From: Octopus vulgaris
Taxonomy: Eukaryota
Assembly (NCBI GenBank): GCA_951406725.2
Contig: OX597817.1
Span: 143,964,001 to 144,028,000 of the forward strand
DNA: 64,000 bases
Reading direction: 5' to 3'
In this document: positions 13,406 to 24,522 of the stretch, piece after piece
How the letters are laid out: every line of letters begins with the position of its first letter
Numbering within the stretch: the first letter of the stretch is position 1
Made by a program: the position numbers and the translations under genes
The notes under the pieces: model-generated
Database searches by the model: none
What the model was told of the DNA's origin: nothing
The model's input: only the letters and a program-made list of their open reading frames with translations

Positions 13406-14313
13406 TATATGTATACCTTTAGGTATCTTCCTATCGAAGTCATCACCAACAACAATATATACATACACACACACACAAACGTAGTCCTATGGAGAGGGAA
13501 TTACTGAACTTGCCGTAAATACACTTCATAGAATAGTCCATGATACACGTAGTCTGAAATACGAAATAGGTCATAACTTGGATGTCTTTGGTCGTTGGCT
13601 TTCTACATCGGGACCTGACCTGCGGCAATATCATAATCATCATCATCTCTAACAATAACAAAATGCGAGAATTCTTACGTCTCAAGGAACGTGCATCTCT
13701 CTCTCTCTGACACGCGTGGTTCACCTATCGCGGTTTATTATTTAAGCTTACGTCGATTACTCTGTAGTGTTGTTTTGCATTTATAATAAAATAAATATAT
13801 ACAATTTATAAAAATGATAAAATATATGCATAATGTACAACGATCAAAGAGATTCAAGTTAAGACCTATCTCGTATTTCCGGTTTCGTGTATCATGGACT
13901 ACTCTGGTCAATGTATTTACGACAGGCTCAACAATTCCCTCTCCATAGGACTACGTATGTGTGTTATATATAATATATATATATATATATAACTTGGACA
14001 GGATGCTACCTAAGGGTATACACATATACGTACATACGCAAAAATTAGGTAACGGATGGTGGAGAAATCCATCGGTAAAAATATTGTTTTTGCTCATGCC
14101 ATGTGTTTTCTACTTCGCGGATTTTCACCTATCGGGGGGGGGGGGGCGTAACACTCGCGGTAGTCGAGGGATTACTGTACACATACTCTAGACCAGGGGT
14201 TCTCAACAATTTTTTTGCCTATGGACCCCTTTGATCACTGTTTTATTCTGGTGAACCCCGGTAACCATTCAATGTTTAAAAATTACTTTTATAGAAACTT
14301 CTTTCAAAATTCC

Positions 14314-14344
<31 letters not shown>

Positions 14345-14479
14345 TTCACTTGTGTAGGTCGAACTATGTAAAATGGCGGAGAAAGAAACCCAGCTGTTTC
14401 TTGCAATAAATACATCTAAAGCAAAATGTTATTTAGGGGCTTTTAAGATACTATTGTGGATCCTTAATTTACTATTTTT

Positions 14480-15097
14480 GGTAAATTTTGATATTAACAC
14501 CCGCACGATTTTCACTAAGGAAAAAAAAAAAAAAAAAACTGCAATTACGAAGATTACCAAGAGTGACGTGGAGATGAAATAGTTGTACTTCGACCGGGAG
14601 CTCCAAGACTGGGATAAAGTACCGGAGTCCACTTCAAATTTTCCTAAAGGAAAAGGGCTATACTATCCCAGTCTTGTAGACGCATATGGCCTAGTGGTTA
14701 GAGCAGCGGACTCGCGGTCGAGGGATCGCGGGTTCGAATCTCAGACCGGGCGATGTGTGTGTTTATGAGCGAAATACCTAAGCTCCACGCAGCTCCGGCA
14801 GGAGGTAATGGCGAACTTCTGCTGACTCTTTCGCCACAACTTTCTCTCACTCTTTCCTCCTGCATCTTGCAGCTCACCTGCGACAGACCGGCGTCCCGTC
14901 CAGGTGGGGAACCTATACGCCAAGGAAACCGGGAAACCGGCCCTTATGAGTCAGGCGTGGGTCGAGAAGGAACAAACAATCCCAGTCTTGGAGCTCCTGG
15001 TCGAAGTACAACCATTCGATCTCCACGTTCCTCTTGGTAGTCTTCAGTAATTTTTTTTCTTAGTGAAAATCGCATTGTGTTAATATCAAAATTTACC
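14480..15097. mobile_element. Merlin-like fold-back MITE nested in the hAT MITE
   Basis: Same terminal ~40 bp as 12688-13266, long internal inverted arms, TSD ctattttt / ctattttc. Confidence 0.75.
14677..14978 (+). mobile_element. Young tRNA-derived SINE family D
   Basis: A box tggcctagtgg, B box ggttcgaatct, aacaaacaa tail; perfect 12-bp TSD atcccagtcttg (14665-14676 / 14979-14990). Confidence 0.9.
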
Positions 15098-15364
15098 CTA
15101 TTTTCTTGTGTGGACCCCCAAAATTTTATATGGATCCCCAGGGGCCAGATGAACCCTGGTTGAGAACCCCTGTTCTAGACAGACGGAATTGAAGCAGTGT
15201 GCCCACCTGGCAGGGAAGCCCAGCTCTAGAGAGACACTGATCCATTATCGAACTGCTCTCAATCTTTCTCTTTCATTTTCTAACTAAAATGGAATCTGAT
15301 CTTGATCAAGCTAACTTCATCACAATAACACCACCAAAATACATACAATATACCAACTTCTGGA

Positions 15365-15600
15365 AGGTGGCGAGCTGGCAGAAACATTAGCACGCCGGGC
15401 GAATTGCTCATCGGTATTTCGTCTGCCGCTACATTCTGAGTTCAAATTCCGCCGAGGTCGACTTTGCCTTTCATCCTTTCGAGGTCGATTAAATAAGTAC
15501 CAGTTACGCACTGGGGTCGATATAATCGACTTAATCCGTTTGTCTGTCCTTGTTTGTCCCTTCTGTGTTTAGCCCCTTGTGGGTAGTAAATAAATAGGTA
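15365..15600 (+). mobile_element. SINE family B (tRNA-like head, Nin/Deu-like central domain); other copies ~30668-30862(-), 35208-35438, 36805-37041, 48820-49047, 51398-51791(-, two in tandem), 53145-53375, 60208-60420
   Basis: ggcgagctggcagaaac...gagttcaaattcc...gcctttcatcctttcgaggtcga...aagtaccag; the Nin/Deu assignment is from recalled motif similarity only. Confidence 0.8.
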
Positions 15601-16990
15601 GTTCATCTGTCTTTATGTTCTGAGTTCAAATTCTGCCGAGGTTGATTCTGCCCTTCATCTTTTCGGGGTCGATAAATTAAGTACCAGTTGTGTACTGAAT
15701 TGACCTAACCGACTGGCACCCTCCCCAGAAATTTCAGGCTTTGTGCCTAGAGTAGAAAAGAAATACCAACTTCTGGATTCCCTGTAAACTCCTTGTTTCA
15801 CCACTCAAACCACAAATTAAATCCAAAACATCTCACCTGTTCTTTTGTTTCAGTCATCAGACCGCGGCCATGCTGGAGCATTGCCTTGCAAAATTTTTAG
15901 CCGAATCATCAACCCCCAGTACTTATATTTAAAAAAAATCCTGGTACTTATTCTCTCAATCACTTATTGCCGAACCGTTAAGTTATGGAGGACGTAAACA
16001 CACCAATATCAGCTGTCGGTATGCGGTAACTGCATCAGAAAAAGAAATATTCCCAATAGACAATGTTTATAGGACACATGTTTCTGCCTCGCATCAGACA
16101 CCGTATCCATCGTTCATAGCCCATTAAGAATTGGCATTTGAATATGTAAACAACAAATAATAAATTTGCTGACGTGTGCAAAGCTTTGTCAAGCTGGAAT
16201 TATCAATTAAAATGATGCTGAGCATCTTCATTCTGACTATAACACATGCTACTTTTAGTCAACAACAGACAAAAAAATAGAATAAAATAAATAAATAAAA
16301 CGTCAAATCTGAGTTTTTGAGTATTTAGGTTTAAATAAGAAAAAAAAAAATTATTTAAAATATCCCTACTTCGTAACAAGCAAGTGAGCATCATAGGGAC
16401 GAAGATAATACGAGAGTATCCCTAGTAAGGAGAATATTAGAACAATCTACTCTCGGGGATCTCAAATCAGAAGTTCAGTTTGAAATTCTGAGAACGTTAC
16501 CGAATATGAAAGACATCTGAAAAAAGCCAGATGGTATAACAGTTAAAACATTATGACCATAATAACTAAGATTGAAGGCACCGAATACATAGGCATTGAA
16601 ACGGTTTACTTTGCTGTGGTGATTTAAAAGAAAAACTTCCTTTTATCAACAAAAGTAAAATGCCTTTGAAAAGTTGGCTTTCTTAATGAAATGGAAGCCA
16701 AATTTGTTGAGACAGTACTTATATAGACTAGGGGTTAGCAAAGTGATCAATATTGCCCTCCCGCCCCTGTCACCACCACCACTACCACAAGGGCCAATGG
16801 GATTATCCAAAGGGGTCGGTTAACACCCGAAACAATTCTGAGCAGTAAGGGAGCTGAGTTGTTAGCGAACTGTGTGTGTGTGTGTGTGTGTATTTAAACA
16901 TAAGATTCGATTTAAAAGGGTCTGTAACGGGGGTTTCGAAACCGAAACCCTGGAAACGTCAGTCAGATATCACGACCGAACCACCCAGAT

Positions 16991-17075
16991 TCACGTGATC
17001 GGTCTATTAAGCAACCAATCAACGTGAAGCTATCACGCGATTCAATCTTCTAGAATCTTCTTGTGCCCTATAAAA
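16991..17075 (+). promoter_or_regulatory. Candidate Pol II promoter cassette: E-box, CCAAT, heat-shock element, TATA
   Basis: tcacgtga 16991-16998; aaccaatca with CCAAT at 17015-17019; cTTCtaGAAtcTTCt 17047-17061; TATAAAA 17069-17075. Confidence 0.5.
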
Positions 17076-17961
17076 GACCGCTTTTGGCGGTAATTTATTT
17101 CGGAATACTGAGGCATCTGAGCAATATCTCTCCATTCCTGCCACACCAGACGACACTGCTAGACAACCCAGGGAGACCGTTAAGACAGATGGCGCAGATA
17201 GATGACAGGAACCTCCATCGCTACGCATATTGCCCTATCAATAGTTGTTGCAAACGCATACTTTCCCAGTATGCAATTATAGCTGTTGTTATCTGCAAAA
17301 GGTCAACGCAGATTTGTCTTCATGTGCGATAAGATTTATTAGATATTTGCGTCTGTTGTTCAATTATTTCTACACGCAATCCAAGAAACAAAATTTTCTT
17401 CGCCATCCCAACCAGTCACCACCATAGCGCAACCAAAATAAAACTCAAGCGACAAGTCTATCTTAAATACAATATAAAAATTATAAAAAATACCTCAGCA
17501 GACATCACATCATTGGTATACGTCTAGCAAAACATGCAATGCCAATTAGCCGATTGGCAAAGCTAACAAACGATAAGCTGATATTTTTCTTGAAGACATC
17601 ATAATAGAGATGTACAATACTTGAACGCATTTATTGTCCATTTGCAATAGAGTGGTTTCATTTGTCTGATAATTTCGAATTTTTTCTTCGTTTTTAAATT
17701 TAACATAATAAAGACAACCCACGATAGCAAGAAATATCGGCAGTATTTACTAGAGTATGTGAAAAAACATTCTGTATTTTCATTAAATTTGTTTAAATAG
17801 GCGCTGGAGTGGCTGTGTGGTAAGTAGCTTGCTTACCAACCACATGGTTCCGGGTTCAGTCCCACTGCGTGGCACCTTGGGCAAGTGTCTTCTGCTATGG
17901 CCTCGGGCCGATCAAAGCCTTATGAGTGGATTTGGTAGACAGAAACTGAAAGAAGCCCGTC

Positions 17962-18003
<42 letters not shown>

Positions 18004-18131
18004 CGGGAAGCTTTATGAAAATAGACAAAAGACGAAGGCAGGTTTACGGAAATAAACAAAAGACGAAGGCAGGTGGAATACAAACAAACAATTGTATTAG
18101 TATGGCGCTCAGGAAATATAAATAAAACAAG

Positions 18132-18169
18132 TCTTTAACGTTTCGAGCCTACGCTCTTCAACAGAAAGA
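18132..18169 (-). ncRNA. Minimal PLE-type hammerhead motif (A6>U core variant) within a TA-abutting repeat (~18002-18310)
   Basis: tcttt-CTGTTGA-a-gagc(gtag)gctc-GAAA-cg-TT-aaaga. Confidence 0.55.
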
Positions 18170-18554
18170 TACACAGAGAAAAAAACACAGAAAGAAGGAG
18201 AGAAAAAAAATATGCATGCAGAAGCTAGCGAATCAACATGGCGATCTGATTTCGGCCAGAAGTCAAAGATCAAACATGAGACGCAAGAGCGAAATTAGGG
18301 GAGATAATAGGGTTGAATGACCTCGTATAAACATCTTTGCCGTAGGAAAATTCGCCGAGAGAAATTTCATTTCAAATGACCTGAACACGTTTTTCAGTGT
18401 TTGACGTTGAATAAAGAATTGCCTTTTTTTTTATGCTTTTATAAAATTTTTCATCATTCTTCTTTTATTATTATTTGTAAAAAGTGCTGATATCATAAGC
18501 TTTATCATTGTCGATATGACGAATTTGTCTATCGGCGAATTTTCCGAGCACAAA

Positions 18555-18931
18555 TCTCTATATATAAAGCTGAAGTTGTTTGTGTATGGCAGGTTTGGTA
18601 GCCTTCAACTAACACTATCTTCTCCGGGACCCCGCGGTGCAAGTTGACCAAAATTGAGAGTATGATAGAAGAAGGCTTGCTCTTCATTCCGTAGAATCGG
18701 ACCATGTTAAGACCAAAAATTATTTACATCAAAATGGTGCTTTTTTTCTATGAAAATCCCTATCTTTTACGATTTTTTTACTGCTGTGTCGCCTTTTTTC
18801 GGTGTATTTCAACCAGAAAAATGTTCACTTTAAGAGAATAACAAGCTACATAATGCAAAATTTTTACTTTTCAAAAATTCCAATTTTAAAGGGTCGAAAC
18901 AAACCCGGGCAACGCCGGGCGATACTGCTAG
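18555..18931 (+). mobile_element. Non-autonomous Helitron-like element
   Basis: A|TCtctatatataaag 5' end, 3' GC-rich hairpin cccgggcaacgccggg, then CTAG|T. Confidence 0.7.
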
Positions 18932-19396
18932 TTATTTCTAAAGTGCTGATATCATAAGCTTTATCATTGTCGATATGGCGAATTTCCCAAGCACAAATCT
19001 ATTTATAGGAACCACTTACCATTAAGTGAGTCCATTAATTTAGGTAAAAATTAATTATTGCACACAAAATCAAAAATAAGCAGTGTGGATCTCTACCAAA
19101 TGTCTACAGAATCTCTAAAGCAATGTTAGTACTTTTCTTTCCCTCACCCTTTTAACACCAACGAACAGCTTGAAAAAAAAAAAAAAAAAAAAAACGAAAA
19201 TCTGATAAAATTGCAAATATAAAATAAGATTTTTTTTCCTTCAATTACTTATACACAACAGACAAGATTTCTTTTTTGCATACATAAACCTAAACATGTG
19301 CAAATGTGCTTTCATACATATGTGGTCGTACGTATGCATATGTGCTTGCATTGGTATGTACATACTCATGCACTGTCACACACAATCTTACATATA

Positions 19397-19527
19397 CAGG
19401 GTGTCCCAAAAAAATGTATACACACCTTAAATAATTGTAAATTTGTTATTCTTTGTAAGCCTAGTACTTATTCTATCGTTCTCTTTTGCCGAACCACTAT
19501 GTGTATACATTTTTTTGGGACACCGTG
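19397..19527. mobile_element. Tc1/mariner-type MITE containing a SINE A fragment
   Basis: TA|cagggtgtcccaaaaaaatgtatacaca ... tgtgtatacatttttttgggacaccgtg|TA; internal 19446-19498 matches the SINE A body. Confidence 0.75.
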
Positions 19528-20112
19528 TATGTGTGCATATGTGATTCTAGATATGCATGTGGGATTACTCTTGCGCACATGTGGACCTGGATACCACCCG
19601 GACAGAAATGTATATGCAATTGTACTATATACACACACATAAGCGATTTTTTTTTCATTGATTAGAAAATTTAAGAGACAATCTGGGCCTTTCTAGACCG
19701 AGGTACAGTGTTAACTGGAGGAAATTAATACGATCGTTCAGTTTGAACGTTAGGTTAATTACTAGAGTGACGGAAAATTCAGAGAAATGATGTTCCAGAG
19801 GTTGTTTTTTTTTTTTTTTTTTTTTTCTCTTAAATAGGAAATTTTTGAAGACAGTGCATCATGTGAGACGGAGAAAAAAAAAGTGGTATCGACAAGGTTT
19901 AGCTGGAATAGTGACAGAAATGATAGAGTGAATAATCTCATCTCACTGTCTCATATTTCTGTGTGTGTGTGTGTGTGTGTACAGGGAAATCTGAATAACA
20001 ATGCCCAACGCATCAGACAAGCACGTTAAATGTATTTGTATTGAATACCTTTTCTCGTGTTTGTCACAAAAATAAACGTTTATGTACACACACACACACA
20101 CACACGCACTCA

Positions 20113-21359
20113 CATCGGGCTGGCCGAAAAGTTTGTTCGGTTTTTGTCGACACTGAACTTCAAGCACCCTAATAAGAAGCTAACGTCTGTCCCTTGCGCA
20201 TGGGCACTCGTTAGATACTTGACACTTTAACGCAGTTCGACAAAAAACTTGCGACGAAACAGGTTGTATTTTGTGTGCCTGGGATCATACTGAACATGAA
20301 GAACCAAAACGATGATCATTATCGATACCTCGTGCTTTTCTATGTAAAAAGAGAAAAAGAAAAGAAAAAGGGCAAGAAAACGACCGAAACCTGTAGGAAG
20401 ATATGAGCTGTGTACAGAGAAGATGCTATGACGGAACGTGTGTGCCAGAAGTGGTTTTCAAGACATCGATAAAGAAATTTTTCGGTTCAAGGTGCACCGC
20501 GCTCAGGCCTGCCAAATGAGATTAACAGCAACACAAAACCTCATTATACGACCAGGATGATTGCAAATATTCCCAAAATATCCAAATTGAATGTTATAAA
20601 CTATCTGCATCAACTTGGTTGTGTCAGCAGGCTCAATGTTCCACAGTAGATGAATGAATCTAACTTGGCCCAACGCATTTCCATCTGCGATTCGTTGCAG
20701 AAACATGAAGAAAATGGTCCTATTTTGAAGAGAATGATGACAGGGGGCGAAAATGGATCGTCTATATCAATGTGAAGCGCTAGCGATCATAGAGTAAGTG
20801 CGGCGAAGTACCACAAACAACCTCCAATGCAGGGTTTCGCCCAAAGGTCATACTTTCAATTTGATGGGATCTGAAGGTTGTTGTCTATTACAAGCTTTTT
20901 CCAATGGATAGGATCATAAATTCGGGTATGTACTGTGACCAGTTGGACAAATTAAACACAGCCATTCACCAGAAGTGCCCAACACTTGCTAATATTAAGG
21001 GCATTGTCTTTCATCACGACAATGCCAGACCGTATACTTCTTTGCAGACGCGCCAGAAGTTACTGGAGCTTGACTGGGACGTTTCACTGCACCCTCCATA
21101 TTCGCCCGACCTTGCACTTTCAGGTTTCTGTCTGTTTCTCAAATTTAATTGAATGGACAGACCTATACCTCTGTGGAGGATCTAACAATTCACCTGGAAG
21201 AGTTTTTCGTCACTAAAGACAGGAAATTCCCTGAGCAGGGGATAATGGATCTGTCCACAAAATGGCAGATGATACTGGAACGAAATGGTTATTATTTCAT
21301 TGATTGAATATATCGCTTAGTGTTTAAAAAACCGAACGGACTTTTTGGTCAACCCAATA
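20113..21359 (+). pseudogene. Full-length decayed mariner transposon (transposase pseudogene)
   Basis: TIRs tcgggctggccgaaaagtttgttcggtttt / aaaaccgaacggactttttggtcaacccaa; motifs VCQKWFSR, HHDNARPYTS, HPPYSPDLALS; multiple stops and frameshifts. Confidence 0.9.
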
Positions 21360-21510
21360 TTTACACGATATGTAAAATATGTTCCTCGTGCTTAGCTATT
21401 CTAGAAACAGCTATAAAAGACTAAGTATTTACTAAAACTACTCTGCACTAAGTTTAAATTATATATTAATCGCTCTAAACCATATATTTTGGTTGTTCAT
21501 TCTGTTTCTA

Positions 21511-21561
<51 letters not shown>

Positions 21562-21563
<2 letters not shown>

Positions 21564-21905
21564 TGAAAAAACTACAGAAGACTTGTTTTATAAGGTTAAA
21601 GAATAAATTTAAGTCGTTATGTTAGAAAAATGTTTTGTGTATAATAACAGTTTTTGGAGAAATAACCGGTTTCGTATATTCTTTACCTACATCGTGTCAT
21701 GTCTGTGTTATGTAGTGCAAAGCTTTGCACTACTTAACAAAGACATGACACGATGTAGATAAAGAAATTTGAAAAGAATATACGAAACCGGTTATTTCTC
21801 CAAAAACTATGTTATTATACACAAAATTTTATAACATTTTTCTAACATAACGACTTAAATTTATTCTTTAACCTTATAAAACAAGCCTTCTGTAGTTTTT
21901 TCACT
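21562..21905. repeat. Fold-back element with a spacer-less central palindrome (gtagtgcaaagctttgcactac, 21712-21733), TA-flanked
   Basis: Arms agtgaaaaaactacagaagacttgtttt... / ...aaaacaagccttctgtagttttttcact. Confidence 0.9.
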
Positions 21906-21960
21906 CTTTTCTATTTTTTATACATCCAACCACGTACTTTCACACACCAACTTTTTCACC

Positions 21961-22007
<47 letters not shown>

Positions 22008-22066
22008 GTAAATATAAAACAACGAGGAATGCTCAACGCCGCACTGGTGGATAAAGTTTATTTATT

Positions 22067-22422
22067 AATGGACAGTCTTGGACACGTGTTTCTGACTCAA
22101 TAGCATTCATCTGTGGCTTAATAGCCTTCATCAGTATATATGTATGTGCATATATATATATATGTGTGTGTTTATATATATATGTGTTTGTATGTATAGT
22201 TTATAAACGTGTCCATCCTACCCATATACGTGCAATGAGTTTTTATTGGATTTCTGATCTTCCCGGCTCCATATGAGGTACACACACTCACACTTTGTGT
22301 ATTAAGGCTACCATTGGTTTCATGTGAAGGAAATTCTCAACGTTTTTTCTATGTGATTGGCTTGAAAAATCGTTTAGTATTTCCTTCACATGAAACCAAT
22401 GGTAGCTTTAATACACAAACAA

Positions 22423-22454
<32 letters not shown>

Positions 22455-22676
22455 ATATGCCAAGTATGGAGCTGGGAAGATCAGAAATCCAATAAGAACT
22501 CTTTGCACGTATTGGGTAGGATTGACACGTTTATAAGCTACAAATACAAACACACATATATACATAATCACACACAAACACACATATATATGCACATACA
22601 TATATATACTGATGAAGTCTATTAAGCCACAAATGAAAGCTATTGAGCCAGAAACAATTGTCCAAGATTGTCCATT
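22067..22676. repeat. Fold-back element (~270-300-bp arms) with HHR-like cores in both arms and across the loop
   Basis: Arms 22067-22334 / 22379-22676; CTGATGA...GAAA-caattg-TC at 22609-22662 (+) and CTGATGA...GAAA-cacgtg-TC at 22134-22081 (-). Confidence 0.85.
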
Positions 22677-24102
22677 TACCTCCAGACAATAAGCCGGTCC
22701 AGTTCTTTCAAGGCATGTCAACTTTGAACAGTTCCTGATTCTTGAGATAATCTCTCATTCTCAAGTAGAACTGACCTTAATTACAATGTGGTAATTGCAA
22801 TGCATCCGTCAGAGACGGAGTTAATTCTAATAAATCAAGAAATCATGTCGCATAGTATTTCACATATGCATAATATATATATATATATATATACACGCGC
22901 GCGTATAGATATACACATATATACCTATACATACAAACATACATATATGTATATAAATATATGTGTGTGTGTATATATATACACACACATACATATATAT
23001 GCATGTATGTACATATATGTGTATAAATGTGTATATATATATATATATATATATATGCAAACATACTTCCACTAGTAGTAGTAGTAGTGGTGGTGGTGGT
23101 AGTAGTAGTAAAAACAAGCGGTTATTGTTACACTGAACTCAGTTGAATCTTCAACCTTTTCCATTTCAGCCAATCACATGAAATATTCGATCGCCAGAAA
23201 TCGATCGAGGAATAAACAAACTTTGACCCACCAAAGCGATTGTCGTTTTGTTTTGCCAGAATAGAAAAAAAATCAATGTGGTTATTGTAGTTTAGCCACA
23301 GATAAACCTGGATCGAGTAGAACTTATAATCAGAGGTGTTCCAACCGAGACCATCTCGTCTTTTAAGAGTATTTAGAACTGCATTTACTAATGCATCCTT
23401 CCCTCTGTAGTAATATGATGAAACGGGTGAATTTACTGAGATTTAGTTACTATTTCTAGCAGATTTAGCGACCATGTAGAGGTTTCCTCTTTGGCTGGCT
23501 CGAAGACTTGGTGTTGTTAAATAGCCCCAGGTCAGCCTCGATCAAGTAAACTTTGGATCAGATGTGATCATCCAGTTTTTTTTTTTTTTTAATATATATC
23601 AGGTACTACTTTGTCAAACGAATCCCCCTTTTAGTTAAGACTAGAGTGTGATTTGAAGGAGATTTGGTTGCTATATCCAGCACGTTGAACAGCCGCCAGG
23701 TGAGATGACAAATGACAGGTATGATACTATGTAGGCGATACCATGGACAGTCTGTCATACGCAATATATTAGAAGACTGGCTGTGCAAGCTCCTCCAGTG
23801 GTCGCTTGGTCAGTAAGAAATAGCAGCCAAATTTCCTCATCACACAACCTATTATTGGAAGCTTTGGACAACGTAGTCCCGACATGCGAATTAGCAGGAT
23901 AGTCACAACAGGAATCTCTTTGATCAGGGGTCTGTTCAGTGAGGACTGATTAAGGGCGAAACAAGAGCGGTAACAATATTTTGGAGGGAGTCCATGAAGA
24001 CAGAGCCTCTATGTGGTCGCTCAGCCTGCTAAAAATGGTAGCCAAATCTCCCTCGCCGCATGAAAACAAGAGAAAGGACATTTTGGACAATGTAGTCCTG
24101 AT

Positions 24103-24266
24103 AGGCGTAAGAGTAGCTGTGTGGTAATTAGCTTGCTTACGAACCACATGGAACCGGGTTCAGTCCCACTGCGTGGCACCTTGGGCAAGTGTCTTCTACT
24201 ATAGCCTAGGGCCGACCAAAGCCTAGTGAGTAGATTTGGTAGACGGAAACTGAAAGAAGCCCGTCG

Positions 24267-24309
<43 letters not shown>

Positions 24310-24522
24310 GCGTGTGTATATGTTTGCCCCACACACACACACACACAACATCGCTTGACAACCGATGCTGGTGTGTTTACGTCCCCGTAACTTAGCGGTT
24401 CGGCAAAACTGACCGATAGAATAAGTACTAGATTTACAAAGAATAAGTCCTGGGGTCTATTTGCTCAACTAAAGGCGGTGCTCCAGCATGGCCACAGTCA
24501 AATGACTGAAACAAGTAAAAAG
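24103..24522 (+). mobile_element. SINE family A, full length; further copies ~7045-7255(-), 11005-11350(-), 17799-17965, 29147-29524(-), 30901-31265(-), 31668-31897, 33905-34293(-), 39133-39300, 44670-45143(-), 55905-56307(-), 61567-61720
   Basis: tRNA-like head (A box tagctgtgtgg, B box ggttcagtcc), internal TA/TG microsatellite, conserved 3' body. It is inserted in an older tagaaatagcagccaaat repeat cluster (23280-24720). Confidence 0.9.

Larger units (their letters stand above)
12457..14108. repeat. Old large fold-back element; left arm 12457-12545 plus 13414-13595, right arm ~13838-14108
   Basis: aatatttttaccgatggatttctccaccat vs atggtggagaaatccatcggtaaaaatatt; acgtagtcctatggagagggaatt vs aattccctctccataggactacgt. 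Confidence 0.8.
14194..15172. mobile_element. hAT (Charlie-like) MITE
   Basis: TIRs caggggttctcaac / gttgagaacccctg; 8-bp TSD ctctagac / ttctagac (nTCTAGAn target typical of hAT-Charlie). Confidence 0.85.

Noticed and set aside
14677-14750. tRNA gene
   Set aside because: The tRNA-like head runs into a SINE body with a tail and 12-bp TSD; the acceptor stem is not intact. The same applies to the family A and B heads.
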